From contig SFEX01000001.1 in the NCBI GenBank assembly GCA_004557075.1, positions 150,786 to 214,785 of the forward strand: 64,000 bases of DNA, written 5' to 3'. Below, piece by piece: positions 20,347 to 30,444 of the stretch. The notes below the pieces were generated by a model. That model was not told the origin of the DNA. It saw only the letters and a program-made list of their open reading frames with translations, and made no database searches. Source of the DNA: Clostridiales bacterium. GTDB lineage: Bacteria > Bacillota > Clostridia > Oscillospirales > Oscillospiraceae. How positions within the stretch are numbered: the first letter of the stretch is position 1; the number at the start of each line of letters is the position of its first letter. A program made the translations under genes and the position numbers.

Positions 20347-21468
20347 TTAATTTTCTTGCTTTGCGGCGCTTTCTACAACTCTGCACGCCATATCGGTCTG
20401 AGCCTGCGTTATAAACGGCGAGAAGCTGAGTCTCACAGTGCCTTTATCTATTGTACCGGCCGTATTGTGCGCCAAAGGGGCGCAGTGGAGCCCGCAGCGG
20501 GCCGCGATTCCGCGTCTGCCCAGCGCGTCGCAGAACGTTTCGCTGTCCATTGTGCTGTGCCTTATAGATAAAACTCCGGCCTGATTGTCCGCATCCGATG
20601 CAAACACTTGCAGCTTCGGTACTTTTTTAAGTCTCATCGCCATGCGGCGGCACAGGCTCGCCTCATATTCGCCTATATTATCGGCGCCGCGCCTGAGCAC
20701 ATATTTCATTCCCTCGCAAAGCCCCGCTATGCCGACGACGTTATGCGTCCCCGCCTCCGCCCTGTCGGGCAGATATTCCGGCATCGACTGAAGTACGCTC
20801 TCAGAGCCCGTTCCGCCGCACATGAGCGGCTTCGGTGTCTGGCCGCAAAGAAGTATGCCCGTACCCTGCGGCCCCAGCAGTCCCTTGTGTCCGGGCATAG
20901 CCACATATGCCGCACCCAGCTCGGACATATCGAGCCGGCATATACCCGCCGACTGGGAGGCGTCAATTATAAGCGGTACATTGTATTTGCTGCACAGCTT
21001 CGCAATTTCATATATCGGCTGAATATATCCGAACACATTTGAAATGTGGTTCCATACGACAGCCTTAGCACCGGAGATATTTTTCTCTATCGTCGGAATG
21101 ACTGATTCCGTCTCAAACACCGGCGATGCCGCGACAACAGTTTTGGCGCCTATTTGATTAAGCGGCCTCGTTACGGAATTGTGCTCGTACCCGGATATAA
21201 CGACCTTATCCCCCACCGACACAAGCGAGGATATGGCGATATTGAGGGCGTGAGTGGCGTTCATCGTGAACACCACGTTTTGCGGATCGGAGAAATTAAA
21301 AAGCTTGCAGGCAAGCTCGCGGCCTTCATACACCTTATCGGCGGCTCTCATGGCCGCGGCATATGAGCCCCTGCCGGGGCTGGACATAGTCTCAATGGCA
21401 TTGACCATGGCCCGCTTGACCGATGCCGGTTTAATATAGCTTGTTGCGGCAGAGTCGAGGTATATCAA
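20347..21468 (-). CDS. Class V aminotransferase / cysteine (selenocysteine) desulfurase-family protein
   Basis: Class-V fold pattern (MIYLDSAATS..., PGHKGLLGPQGTG with a PLP lysine). Overlaps the upstream DUF3343 gene by 4 nt. Confidence 0.75.
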   Translation of the reverse strand: MIYLDSAATSYIKPASVKRAMVNAIETMSSPGRGSYAAAMRAADKVYEGRELACKLFNFSDPQNVVFTMNATHALNIAISSLVSVGDKVVISGYEHNSVTRPLNQIGAKTVVAASPVFETESVIPTIEKNISGAKAVVWNHISNVFGYIQPIYEIAKLCSKYNVPLIIDASQSAGICRLDMSELGAAYVAMPGHKGLLGPQGTGILLCGQTPKPLMCGGTGSESVLQSMPEYLPDRAEAGTHNVVGIAGLCEGMKYVLRRGADNIGEYEASLCRRMAMRLKKVPKLQVFASDADNQAGVLSIRHSTMDSETFCDALGRRGIAARCGLHCAPLAHNTAGTIDKGTVRLSFSPFITQAQTDMACRVVESAAKQEN

Positions 21469-21716
21469 AGGAATACCTCCTTGACCGTACCGTCCGTATT
21501 CTGCTGATATATCTTGCCCTGCAGCAGTCCTTCCCGCCGCAGAATATCGGCAGCGGCTATGCCCCTGCCGTAAGCAACCGTTACGCAGTAGCTGCAGCCG
21601 TTGCCGCTAAGTCCGGCAGGAGCCCTTGTCACCCCTGCGGATATTGCATGTCGTTCAAGAATTTTCGCCGCTCTTTGTGCATATGTCAGCGAGCGGCACA
21701 TGATTAAATAGCGCAT
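21465..21716 (-). CDS. DUF3343-family small protein (putative S/Se carrier)
   Basis: 83 aa. Pattern MRYLIMCRSLTYAQRAAKILE...GCSYCV. Translationally coupled to the desulfurase-like gene. Confidence 0.6.
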   Translation of the reverse strand: MRYLIMCRSLTYAQRAAKILERHAISAGVTRAPAGLSGNGCSYCVTVAYGRGIAAADILRREGLLQGKIYQQNTDGTVKEVFL

Positions 21717-21758
21717 AGAACTCCCCTTCTTTTTTATTTCATTCTATGCGGTGGGAGG

Positions 21759-22226
21759 CTATTCTATGAGTGCGACGGCGTGAGCCGCTATTCCAAGCTC
21801 CGCGCCCGAAAAGCCGAGCTTTTCCTCGGTCGTGGCCTTAACGCTAACGCAGTCGAGGCCTATTTCCATTGACGCTGCCAGCGTCTCGCGCATCTTATCT
21901 ATATACGGAGACAGCTTGGGTCGCTGCGCAATGATCGTACTGTCTATATTGACTACCTTATAGCCCTTATCCTTAATTATTGCCAGCACCTTTTTCAGAA
22001 GCCCAATGCTGTCCGCGCCAAGGTATTTATCATCGTTATCCGGAAACAGCTTGCCGATATCGCCCAAAGCGGCCGCGCCGAGCAACGCGTCCATGACCGC
22101 GTGGGTCAGCACATCGGCATCGGAATGGCCGAGAAGCCCCTTTTCATGCGGTATCTCAACTCCGCCCAAAATGAGCTTTCTGCCCTCGACAAGCTTATGC
22201 ACGTCATAGCCGTGTCCGATTCTCAT
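21759..22226 (-). CDS. ispF: 2-C-methyl-D-erythritol 2,4-cyclodiphosphate synthase
   Basis: Motifs [10 protein letters not shown] and GHSDADV. Confidence 0.95.
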   Translation of the reverse strand: MRIGHGYDVHKLVEGRKLILGGVEIPHEKGLLGHSDADVLTHAVMDALLGAAALGDIGKLFPDNDDKYLGADSIGLLKKVLAIIKDKGYKVVNIDSTIIAQRPKLSPYIDKMRETLAASMEIGLDCVSVKATTEEKLGFSGAELGIAAHAVALIE

Positions 22227-22957
22227 TTTCTGGCACTCCTTTCAGCCAGTATGCCCTCAGCGGTATAGAGATCCTTGGCGGAGGTGAGCTTTATATTATC
22301 GGTTTCACCTGCAACTATTGTCACATTATATCCCATAGCTTCAACCGCGGAACAATCGTCGGTGATCTTGAGTCCCTTGTCCAGCGCCCGGGTCAGCGCC
22401 GCCTTGATAAGCTCGGCAAGAAAGACCTGCGGAGTCTGCACAAGCGCAACATGTTCCCTGTCAGGCGTTTGGGCAACATCGCCCTTGCCGTTTAAAATTC
22501 TGACCGTGTCGCTGGCAGTTACAGCGGGAGCTGCCGCCGAATGCGCTTTAGCCGCGCACACCACGCGTTCAATGAGCTTATCGCTCACGAAAGGTCTTGC
22601 CCCGTCATGGATCGCGATAAGCGTTGCCTTGTCACTCACATTGCTAACGCCGATCAGCGCCGATTCAAGCCTCGTTTTTCCGCCGCTAACCACACGGCTC
22701 ACCTTAGTGATGCCGCGCTCATTGCATATGTCCGCGATCTCCTGCATGCTTTCGTACTTTGTTACGACAACGATCTCGTCAATGCAGTTGGAGCTTTGCA
22801 GCGCTTCGAGCGTATGGGCAATGACCGGAGCATCTCCGATAGTCATAAGTATCTTATCCTTGCCCATTCTCTGAGAATTGCCCGCCGCAAGCACGACCGC
22901 GCTGCAAAAGTCAGGCGCAGGCGATCTGAATTTCAGAATTTTATCAAATATAGACAT
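22223..22957 (-). CDS. ispD: 2-C-methyl-D-erythritol 4-phosphate cytidylyltransferase
   Basis: Motif [12 protein letters not shown]. Start set at MSIFDK (GAGGT 6 nt upstream). The ORF-track start 22969 is possible. Confidence 0.9.
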   Translation of the reverse strand: MSIFDKILKFRSPAPDFCSAVVLAAGNSQRMGKDKILMTIGDAPVIAHTLEALQSSNCIDEIVVVTKYESMQEIADICNERGITKVSRVVSGGKTRLESALIGVSNVSDKATLIAIHDGARPFVSDKLIERVVCAAKAHSAAAPAVTASDTVRILNGKGDVAQTPDREHVALVQTPQVFLAELIKAALTRALDKGLKITDDCSAVEAMGYNVTIVAGETDNIKLTSAKDLYTAEGILAERSARK

Positions 22958-22971
22958 AGCTGACCTCATTT

Positions 22972-23445
22972 TTATATAGAAGCATATAGTTCTTTTTCAA
23001 TTTGCTCGTAATTAACATTCATTGCGATAACTAGCTCGGATATAAGTATCTGCTTTGCCGAATGCAGCATTTTTCGCTCGCCTGTTGAAAGACCGCGTTC
23101 ATTATCGCGGCACATAAGCCCCTTGACCACTGATGCGACCTCCAGCAAATTGCCGCTTTTAAGCTTATCCATATTCTCTCTGTAGCGCTTATTCCAGTTC
23201 TGCGTCATACAAATATCGAGTTCGGAGAAGGAGTCGATCACCTTTTTTGCCTCAGCCCCGCTGATTATATTTCTCACGCCGATATTCTCGCAGCCCTCCA
23301 CTGGAACCATGACGACCATATCGCCTACCGGCAGCTTGAGAACATAGTAATCCCGTTCAGCACCATTGATTTTTTTTGACACAATGCCCTCTATAATCCC
23401 CGCGCCATGCATGGGATGAGCAATATAATCTCCGATTTTGAACAA
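22972..23445 (-). CDS. carD: CarD/CdnL-family transcriptional regulator
   Basis: (M)FKIGDYIAHPMHGAG N-terminus. TTG start 7 nt after AAGGAGG. The ORF-track ATG at 23493 would add 16 atypical residues. Confidence 0.8.
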   Translation of the reverse strand: MFKIGDYIAHPMHGAGIIEGIVSKKINGAERDYYVLKLPVGDMVVMVPVEGCENIGVRNIISGAEAKKVIDSFSELDICMTQNWNKRYRENMDKLKSGNLLEVASVVKGLMCRDNERGLSTGERKMLHSAKQILISELVIAMNVNYEQIEKELYASI

Positions 23446-23552
23446 GACGACTCCTCCTTCTGAATAATAATCATTTATATAACAATTATACACAAAATGT
23501 TTAATGTTTGCAAGGAAATTAATTGAATTTCATTGATTTATCAATAAAAATA

Positions 23553-23588
23553 GCCTGCTGAAAACTCAGCAGGCTATTACATACTGTT
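23553..23588 (-). terminator. Rho-independent terminator after ispH::S1
   Basis: AATAGCCTGCTGAG-tttt-CAGCAGGCTATT hairpin followed by TTTTATT on the minus strand. Confidence 0.8.
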
Positions 23589-23598
23589 ATTTTTGCGA

Positions 23599-25632
23599 TT
23601 ATTCCTCTACGAAATCGCCCTTGACCTCGCCATCAGCGGAGACCTCGTAAACGAGCGCATCCTCGCCATTATCCTCTTCGGGAAGCTCAGGCTGTGCTGC
23701 TGCGGGCTCTGCAAGCGCACGGATGGAGAGAGAGATCTTGTGGTTCTCCATGTCGATAGCGGTGATCTTAGCCTCGACAACATCGCCGACGCTCAGAACC
23801 TCTTCAGGCTTACCGATGCGGCGGTTTGCGATCTGAGAAATATGGATAAGTCCGTCAACGCCGGGGATAACCTCAGCAAAGGCGCCGAAGGTCATGAGCT
23901 TGACTATCTTGACCTCGGCAGTGTCGCCGACATTATATGCGCTTGTGAACTTAGTCCAGGGGTTCTCGGCAGGATCTCTGTAGCCGAGAGAGATTTTTCT
24001 CTTCTCTCTGTCGAAGTTTATGACGTATACATCGACCTCGTCGCCGATATTGAACATCTCTGCGGGGTTCTTAATGCGGCTCCAGCTCATCTCGGAAACA
24101 TGAACCATACCGTCAATGCCGCCGATATCGACAAAAGCGCCGTAGCTGGTCATCGACTTTACGGTACCGTGATACCTGTTGCCGATCTCCATCTCGTTCC
24201 AGATGGCCTCGGCACGCTCGCGGCGCTCCTTCTGAGCGACGGCACGGATAGAACCGACAACGCGCTTACGTCCGCGGTTGACCTCGGTGATCTTAACGCG
24301 AACCTTCTGCTTGAGAAGCTGGCTCATGTCTGCTTCCTTGGGCAGTCCGGACTGGGACGCAGGTACGAAAACACGCACGCCCTTGACGGAAACAACGATG
24401 CCGCCCTTATTCTCCTCAGTGACAACGCCCTCAAGGAAATTGCCGTTCTCAACGGCTTCCTCAACTGCAGTCCAGCTCTTTGCAGCGTCAAGACGCTTCT
24501 TGGAGAGCATAACGGTGCCTTCAACATCGTTTACGCGAACGACGACTGCCTCGATTGTGTCGCCGACCTTGACCGCATCTTCAACATTGATGCCGTCATC
24601 GGTAAACTCGGTGGTGGGGATGAATCCCGAATACTTTGTGCCGATATCGACACTGATCTCAGTGCCGGTAATAGCCATAACATAACCGGTTACCTTGTCT
24701 CCATTATATATAGTTTTGATGGATTCCTCCAGCATTTCGTCGAAGGACATCTCCTTCTCCTCTGCTGCAGTAGCATCAATTTTGATTTCTTCGCTCATCT
24801 TATTACTTACCTCCTTAATTACCCATGATGGAGTTGACGCTCCGGCCGTAATCCCAACGGATCCCGCGCCCGACAGCTTGTCCATATCCAGCTCTTCCGC
24901 ATTAGATATAAACTGAACATTGCCGCATTCCCTGCGGCATATCTCCGCAAGATGCACGCTGTTGGCACTGTGTTTTCCGCCTATAACGACCATAGCATCG
25001 CACAAAGCCGCAATTTTCGCAGCCTCTTCCTGCCTCATGGATGTCGCACCACATATTGTATCAAAGATTTGTATATTTGTACACATTTTTTTTAAGAAAT
25101 TTGCACATTCGGTAAAATTACTGCGAGTTTGCGTTGTTTGGACGACCATGGTTATAAGTTTATCCAAGAGTTCGGCCTTTTTACTGAACAGTTGAGCCAG
25201 TTCTGACGCGTTTTCGCATATGGCATGCTCTGCGCACCAGCCTCCGACAGCCTCAACCTCAGGGTGACCGTGCATGCCTATTATGATAACAAATCGCCCG
25301 GCGTCTGATGCTTCTGACGCAAGCTCGTGTATCTTTTTTACCTTAGGGCAGGTCGCGTCACATATGACGGCTTTTTTTTCGTCAAGTTCCCTGTACACGT
25401 CGCTTGAAACGCCGTGCGAGCGGATTATGACCCGTCCGCCCTCGGGAAGCTCCGCCGGAGAGTTTATTACCTCAAGTCCCTTTGCCCCAAGATACGAAAC
25501 AACGTCATCATTATGGATAAGCGAGCCGAGGGAGTATGCCCGCCCCTCTTCAAGCAGCTTTTCCGCCATACTGACCGAACGGCTTACCCCGAAGCAGAAG
25601 CCGGCGCTTTTTGCGGTGATGATATTTCTCAT
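23599..25632 (-). CDS. ispH: Bifunctional 4-hydroxy-3-methylbut-2-enyl diphosphate reductase / ribosomal protein S1-repeat fusion
   Basis: N-terminal IspH (AKSAGFCFGVSRSV and conserved Cys residues). The C-terminal half carries four S1 OB repeats (for example GTVKSMTSYGAFVDIGGIDGMVHVSE). Start at MRNIIT after GGAAGTGAG. Confidence 0.9.
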   Translation of the reverse strand: MRNIITAKSAGFCFGVSRSVSMAEKLLEEGRAYSLGSLIHNDDVVSYLGAKGLEVINSPAELPEGGRVIIRSHGVSSDVYRELDEKKAVICDATCPKVKKIHELASEASDAGRFVIIIGMHGHPEVEAVGGWCAEHAICENASELAQLFSKKAELLDKLITMVVQTTQTRSNFTECANFLKKMCTNIQIFDTICGATSMRQEEAAKIAALCDAMVVIGGKHSANSVHLAEICRRECGNVQFISNAEELDMDKLSGAGSVGITAGASTPSWVIKEVSNKMSEEIKIDATAAEEKEMSFDEMLEESIKTIYNGDKVTGYVMAITGTEISVDIGTKYSGFIPTTEFTDDGINVEDAVKVGDTIEAVVVRVNDVEGTVMLSKKRLDAAKSWTAVEEAVENGNFLEGVVTEENKGGIVVSVKGVRVFVPASQSGLPKEADMSQLLKQKVRVKITEVNRGRKRVVGSIRAVAQKERRERAEAIWNEMEIGNRYHGTVKSMTSYGAFVDIGGIDGMVHVSEMSWSRIKNPAEMFNIGDEVDVYVINFDREKRKISLGYRDPAENPWTKFTSAYNVGDTAEVKIVKLMTFGAFAEVIPGVDGLIHISQIANRRIGKPEEVLSVGDVVEAKITAIDMENHKISLSIRALAEPAAAQPELPEEDNGEDALVYEVSADGEVKGDFVEE

Positions 25633-25637
25633 TGCGC

Positions 25638-26318
25638 TCACTTCCGATCGCTGCCGATTCTTTCGCTGATAATGCCGCAAACTGCGTTTATGCTCTCCTC
25701 GAGAGTGTTGCCGCTTGTATCAAGAAGCACTGCGTCGTCAGCAGCCTTCAAAGGCGCGGCGGCGCGCTGAGTATCCTGCTCGTCGCGCTTTATCAAATCT
25801 TTAAGTACATCTTCAAAGCTCTCTTTTATTCCCTTCTGGAGCAGTTCCTCATATCTCCGCCTTGCTCTGTCCTCAGAGCTGGCAGTCAGGAATATCTTCA
25901 GATCGGCATTGGGTAAAATGACCGTACCAATATCCCGGCCATCCATCACAACGTCATAGCGCTCGGCCATTTTTCTCTGCATATCAACCAAATATTCTCT
26001 GACCTCCGGGATAGCCGCCACCTTTGACGCGAGCATGGATACCTCCGGAAGTCTTATGTCTCCGGAAACATCCGCACCGTCAAGGATCATGCACTGTGCG
26101 CCCGATTCGTTATACTCGATCTCAATGTTAAGCTCCGGCAGCATGGAGATAACAGCCCTGCTGTCCGCTGCGTCAATATTCCTCAGCTTAGCCGCAAGAC
26201 CTATCGTTCTGTATATCGCTCCGGTATCAACATAAATATATCCGAAGCGCTTTGCTACCGCTTTTGAGATCGTGCTTTTACCCGCTCCGGAAGGTCCGTC
26301 TATTGCAATAGATATCAT
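25638..26318 (-). CDS. cmk: Cytidylate kinase
   Basis: [17 protein letters not shown]-loop. AGGAGA SD before this ATG. Confidence 0.9.
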   Translation of the reverse strand: MISIAIDGPSGAGKSTISKAVAKRFGYIYVDTGAIYRTIGLAAKLRNIDAADSRAVISMLPELNIEIEYNESGAQCMILDGADVSGDIRLPEVSMLASKVAAIPEVREYLVDMQRKMAERYDVVMDGRDIGTVILPNADLKIFLTASSEDRARRRYEELLQKGIKESFEDVLKDLIKRDEQDTQRAAAPLKAADDAVLLDTSGNTLEESINAVCGIISERIGSDRK

Positions 26319-26331
26319 TTTTTCTCCTGCT

Positions 26332-27567
26332 TTATATTGAATTTGCGGCCACATATGCCGTCGACCACGCTATCTGTAAATTAAAACCGCCGGTGTATGC
26401 GTCAAGGTCCATTACCTCTCCGGCAAAGTACAGTCCGCTGCACAGCTTTGACTCCATAGTGCGCGGATTAATCTCCTTTGTTGAGACGCCGCCGGAGGTG
26501 ACTATCGCTTCGTCTACAGGCCGAGGCCCCGAAACAGACACGGGGAAATTTTTAAACAATCTGAGCAATTCATGCCGCTGCGCGCGAGTTATGGAATTGA
26601 CCTTTGTTTCTCCGGGGATACCTGAGAGCTTCACCAGTACAGGTATCATTACTCTCCCCGCAAGATCGCCCAGCGAATTGGCAAAATCACGGTTTGCGTA
26701 TTTTTCAAAATCTCTCAGCAGTCTCGCGTCCAGCTTCTTTTCATCCAGTCCGGGCTTGAGGTCAATGCTAAGCTCGTACCTTGCCTGTCCGAAATTGCGC
26801 ATATGCGAGCTCGCGGACAAAACCAGCGGCCCGCTTACTCCGAAATGCGTGAACAGCATTTCGCCCAGCTCCCTGAATATTAGCTTGCCGTTTTCATATG
26901 CCGAAAGCTCAACGTTCCTCAGTGAAAAGCCCTGCATTTCGGCGCAATATTCATCGTCGCTCTCAAGAGGCACAAGGGACGGCCGCCTTGGAGTAACGGT
27001 ATGCCCGAGTTCTTCTGCCATTATGTATCCCGCGCCCTTTGACCCTGTAAGAGGATACGATAGTCCCCCGGTGCATATCACCGCAGCCCGGCACTTAATA
27101 AGTCCGTCGCTCGTTTCAACGCCGGTAACGGCATTATCTTCTGTAACGATGTGCTTTGCCGTGCTGTGTACAACTCTTACGCCGCTGCGGTTCATATATC
27201 GCTGCAAAGTACCGGCGACGTCGTTTGCGTTGTCCGAGACGGGAAAAACGCGGTTGCCCCGCTCCGTCTTGAGCGGAAGCCCTAAATTTTCAAACAGCTC
27301 CATCGTGTCGCGCGGAGACAGGCGGTTAAGCGCGCTGTACAGGAATCGTCCGTCGCCGGGTATGTTACTCAAAAACTCCTTTATGTCGCAGTTATTTGTA
27401 ACATTACAGCGGCCCTTACCCGTTATTCTGAGCTTCCTGCCAAGGATTTTGTTCGGCTCAAGCAGTATAACATCAAGCCCTCGCTCAGCGGCAACAGCGC
27501 TGCACAGCATTCCCGCGGCTCCGCCGCCGATAACTACAGCGTCAGCGCTCAGACGGCTCATAGACAT
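26332..27567 (-). CDS. HI0933/BaiN-family NAD(P)/FAD-dependent flavoprotein
   Basis: Motifs DAVVIGGGAAGM and GRKLRITGKGRCNVTN. The exact start is uncertain (27567, 27561 or 27600). Confidence 0.8.
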   Translation of the reverse strand: MSMSRLSADAVVIGGGAAGMLCSAVAAERGLDVILLEPNKILGRKLRITGKGRCNVTNNCDIKEFLSNIPGDGRFLYSALNRLSPRDTMELFENLGLPLKTERGNRVFPVSDNANDVAGTLQRYMNRSGVRVVHSTAKHIVTEDNAVTGVETSDGLIKCRAAVICTGGLSYPLTGSKGAGYIMAEELGHTVTPRRPSLVPLESDDEYCAEMQGFSLRNVELSAYENGKLIFRELGEMLFTHFGVSGPLVLSASSHMRNFGQARYELSIDLKPGLDEKKLDARLLRDFEKYANRDFANSLGDLAGRVMIPVLVKLSGIPGETKVNSITRAQRHELLRLFKNFPVSVSGPRPVDEAIVTSGGVSTKEINPRTMESKLCSGLYFAGEVMDLDAYTGGFNLQIAWSTAYVAANSI

Positions 27568-28414
27568 CGTACTCCGACCATATCTTCTCAAGGCGTTCAA
27601 ATGTGCCCGAGATCTGTTTCTTATTCCTTACTCCGACGGCGACTATGATCGCGTTTATAAGGCTCATTGGAGCCACCAGTGAATCGAGGAATGACACCAT
27701 GTCGCTTTTTGCATGCAGGCACACTTCGGCTATGCCGTCAAGCGGCGAAGCAGAGCTATCGGTGATAGCGGCGGTCTGCGCGCCCATTTTTTTTGCAAAC
27801 TCCATTGCGTCGACCGTATGACTTGAATAGCGCGGGAAGCTTATACCTATAAACAGGTCGCCCTCCCCGATTCTGATTATCTGTTCGTATATTTCGCTTG
27901 CGGCAGTGTCCTGCACAACGTTTACGCCGCCCCTGAGCAGGTTCAGATACAGTCCTAAAAAGCTTGCAAGAGCCGTCGAAGTACGCATTCCGACAATATA
28001 TACGTTTTTCGCCTCAACAATGAGATCCACAAGCTTATTGAAGTTATCCTCCTTCAGCAGATCCATCGTTGCCTGCAAATTCTGTATATCGCTGCCTATA
28101 ATGGATTTCACAAGATCGGTATCATTGATCATGTCCTTGGCGACTTCAATACGCTGAACCGAGGTAAGCCTGTTGCGTATCATTTCCTGAAGCGCTTTTC
28201 TCATGCTCGGGTATCCGTCATATCCCAGCTCTGCCGCAAACCTGACAACGGTAGACTCACTTACGCCGACGATCTTTCCCAGCTTTCCGGCTGTCATGAA
28301 CGCGGCTTTATCATAGTTATTAAGAATATACTTTGCAATGATTCTCTGACCCTTTGAAAATTTGCTGCTTCCTTTTGAAAGCATAGACAGCAGGTCGTTT
28401 TGCATAACGCTCAT
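27542..28414 (-). CDS. MurR/RpiR-family transcriptional regulator (HTH plus SIS domain)
   Basis: N-terminal HTH_6 pattern (GQRIIAKYILNNYDKAAFMTAGKLGKIVGVSESTVVRF) and a C-terminal SIS domain. Confidence 0.8.
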   Translation of the reverse strand: MSVMQNDLLSMLSKGSSKFSKGQRIIAKYILNNYDKAAFMTAGKLGKIVGVSESTVVRFAAELGYDGYPSMRKALQEMIRNRLTSVQRIEVAKDMINDTDLVKSIIGSDIQNLQATMDLLKEDNFNKLVDLIVEAKNVYIVGMRTSTALASFLGLYLNLLRGGVNVVQDTAASEIYEQIIRIGEGDLFIGISFPRYSSHTVDAMEFAKKMGAQTAAITDSSASPLDGIAEVCLHAKSDMVSFLDSLVAPMSLINAIIVAVGVRNKKQISGTFERLEKIWSEYDVYEPSER

Positions 28415-28540
28415 CTCCGTTTAAAACATACATACATTTTACTGTTTTTTTTGAGAATTGCAATAGTTTTTTGCAATTAATTTACCCCAAACTTGCAAAA
28501 AAGCAGCTTTGAGGCAAATAAATATGAAATATATGGATTT

Positions 28541-29257
28541 TCAAATTTCGTTTTCAAAAATATCTTGCAACTCTTCGCTGCTAAGATATCGCCAGTGTCC
28601 CGTTTCAAGAGTGCCGAGTCGTAAGGGGCCTTCCGAGATTCTCTTGAGCCTGCTCAGCTTCACACCGGCCGCCTGACACATTTTTCTTATCTGACGGTTT
28701 CGGCCTTCGTGTATGGTAACGGACAGCTTTGTATAGTTTTCATTTTCGTGGAGGATCTCTACCCTCGCAGGGCTTATTCTGTAGCCGTCTATAGTCATAG
28801 GGCTGCGGAGAATTTCAAGGGATCGCTCGCTGCATTTACCGTCGAGCCATACATGATATGTCTTTTCGGTCTCGGACGAGGGATGCATAAGGCGGTTTGC
28901 AAATTCCCCGTCGTCGGTCATGATGAGCAGCCCCTCAGAGTACATATCAAGCCTGCCCACAGGATACAGCCGTACTCCCGCATCGCTTACAAGCTCGCTT
29001 ACACAGCGGCGGCCCTTTTCATCACTCAGCGTAGTCACATAGCCTCGCGGCTTGTTAAGCATTATGTAGGTTTTCTGAGCAGGACGGCAGATCGGTTTGC
29101 CGTCCACGCAGATAACATCAGTCTCGAAATCGGCGCTGTCGCCCAAAGTGGCTGTCTCACCGTTTACGGTAACTCTGCCGCCGATTATCAGAGTCTCTGC
29201 CTTTCGCCTTGAAGTAAGACCCGATTCCGAGATGATTTTTTGTAATCGCTTCTTCAC
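28541..29257 (-). CDS. rluB: Pseudouridine synthase, RsuA/RluB family
   Basis: S4 domain (RLQKIISESGLTSRRKAETLI). Catalytic motif VGRLDMYSEGLL. Confidence 0.85.
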   Translation of the reverse strand: MKKRLQKIISESGLTSRRKAETLIIGGRVTVNGETATLGDSADFETDVICVDGKPICRPAQKTYIMLNKPRGYVTTLSDEKGRRCVSELVSDAGVRLYPVGRLDMYSEGLLIMTDDGEFANRLMHPSSETEKTYHVWLDGKCSERSLEILRSPMTIDGYRISPARVEILHENENYTKLSVTIHEGRNRQIRKMCQAAGVKLSRLKRISEGPLRLGTLETGHWRYLSSEELQDIFENEI

Positions 29258-30390
29258 TTATCCTCACCCGCAATATAATACGGTTTGAGCACAGAGCCGA
29301 ACCATCTGCCGATGCGCTCATGTGCGCTTAATTTGCTTTTGTTATTCTGATAAACGTTATCAGTATAAACCAGTTTTTCGCTCGCCGCAAGCTCTCCGTT
29401 TACAAATACCTGTATCTCTCCAACTTTTTCGCCTTTTATTCCGCCTGCAAACAGTATTCGCGGCGCTTCGAGCCTTACGTCTATCTCATCATCGGCATTT
29501 GTCAGTATCTTTATATCATTTTCCGGCACGGCTTCAGCAGTTCCGTTTACTCCGGAGGCAACGTCAAGGCTAACCCTGAAATTATTGTCGCTGTACGACG
29601 CTATCCTGTAGTTTTCGAAGCCCATATCGAGCAGATACTTATGGTCGTTCCAGTCGTCGGGAGCGTTGAGCGTGACGCACACAAGGAGCATGCCGTTTCT
29701 ATCCGCGCAGCTCACAAGAGTTCTTCCGGCAGCTATCGTATACCCTGTCTTAACGCCCATGCAGCCGTCATACTCACGAAGCAGCCTGTTGTGATTTACA
29801 TACGTCTGATCCTTCACCGTTGCGTAGCTTCTTGACACTATATCTCTGAATATATCGTTTTCCATGCAGTAGCTTGCCAGTATCGCCATATCGCGCGCCG
29901 TGGAATAGTGTTCGGGGTCATCGAGGCCGTGCGGATTTCTGAATGAGCTGTTTGACATGCCCAGTTCGTTGGCTTTTTCATTCATTTTCACCGCGAATGA
30001 CAGCTCATCGCCGCACATATTGCACGCCAGCGCAGTCGCCGCGTCGTTTCCGGACACGAGAAGCAGCCCCGTGAGCAGCTCGGACACAGTGTAGTATTCG
30101 TCGGGCTTCAGATACATGCTCGAGCCCTCGACCGCGCTCCACTCGGGCTTTATTTTTACCTGCTCATCCATGTCGCAATTTTCAATGACTATGATCGCCG
30201 TCATTATCTTAGTTATGCTGGCGATCAGCATCTTGTCATCCGGATTTTTCTCATACAGTACGTATCCTGTATCAGCGCATACAAGTATGGCGCTCTGCGC
30301 GCTTAGCTCATACTCATCTGCTCTTGCGGCAACTGACGGTATGCACAGCACAAAGCCGATACATAATAGAATAGATATAATTTTTTTCAT
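29254..30390 (-). CDS. D-alanyl-D-alanine carboxypeptidase (PBP5-type, sporulation-associated context)
   Basis: Signal peptide. Motifs SITK (SxxK), SGND (SxN) and KTGYT (KTG). Confidence 0.85.
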   Translation of the reverse strand: MKKIISILLCIGFVLCIPSVAARADEYELSAQSAILVCADTGYVLYEKNPDDKMLIASITKIMTAIIVIENCDMDEQVKIKPEWSAVEGSSMYLKPDEYYTVSELLTGLLLVSGNDAATALACNMCGDELSFAVKMNEKANELGMSNSSFRNPHGLDDPEHYSTARDMAILASYCMENDIFRDIVSRSYATVKDQTYVNHNRLLREYDGCMGVKTGYTIAAGRTLVSCADRNGMLLVCVTLNAPDDWNDHKYLLDMGFENYRIASYSDNNFRVSLDVASGVNGTAEAVPENDIKILTNADDEIDVRLEAPRILFAGGIKGEKVGEIQVFVNGELAASEKLVYTDNVYQNNKSKLSAHERIGRWFGSVLKPYYIAGEDK

Positions 30391-30424
30391 AAAATAAACA
30401 CCACCTTTACAGGTAGTGTTTATT
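30391..30424 (-). terminator. Rho-independent terminator after ytfJ
   Basis: AATAAACACTACC-tgtaaa-GGTGGTGTTTATT hairpin followed by TTTT on the minus strand. Confidence 0.7.
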
Positions 30425-30444
30425 ATTGACGCAAATTTATAAAT

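Noticed and set aside
23593-24828. 411-aa plus-strand ORF
   Set aside because: It lies entirely antisense to the S1-repeat half of ispH::S1. Its composition is biased and repetitive (L/D/A/N-rich), it has no SD, and the opposite strand has unmistakable S1 motifs. It is a shadow ORF.
26393-27682. 429-aa plus-strand ORF
   Set aside because: It is antisense to the HI0933 flavoprotein and the murR 3' end. The translation is S/P/L-rich and unlike a real protein. The minus strand has the FAD-binding GGGAAG motif.
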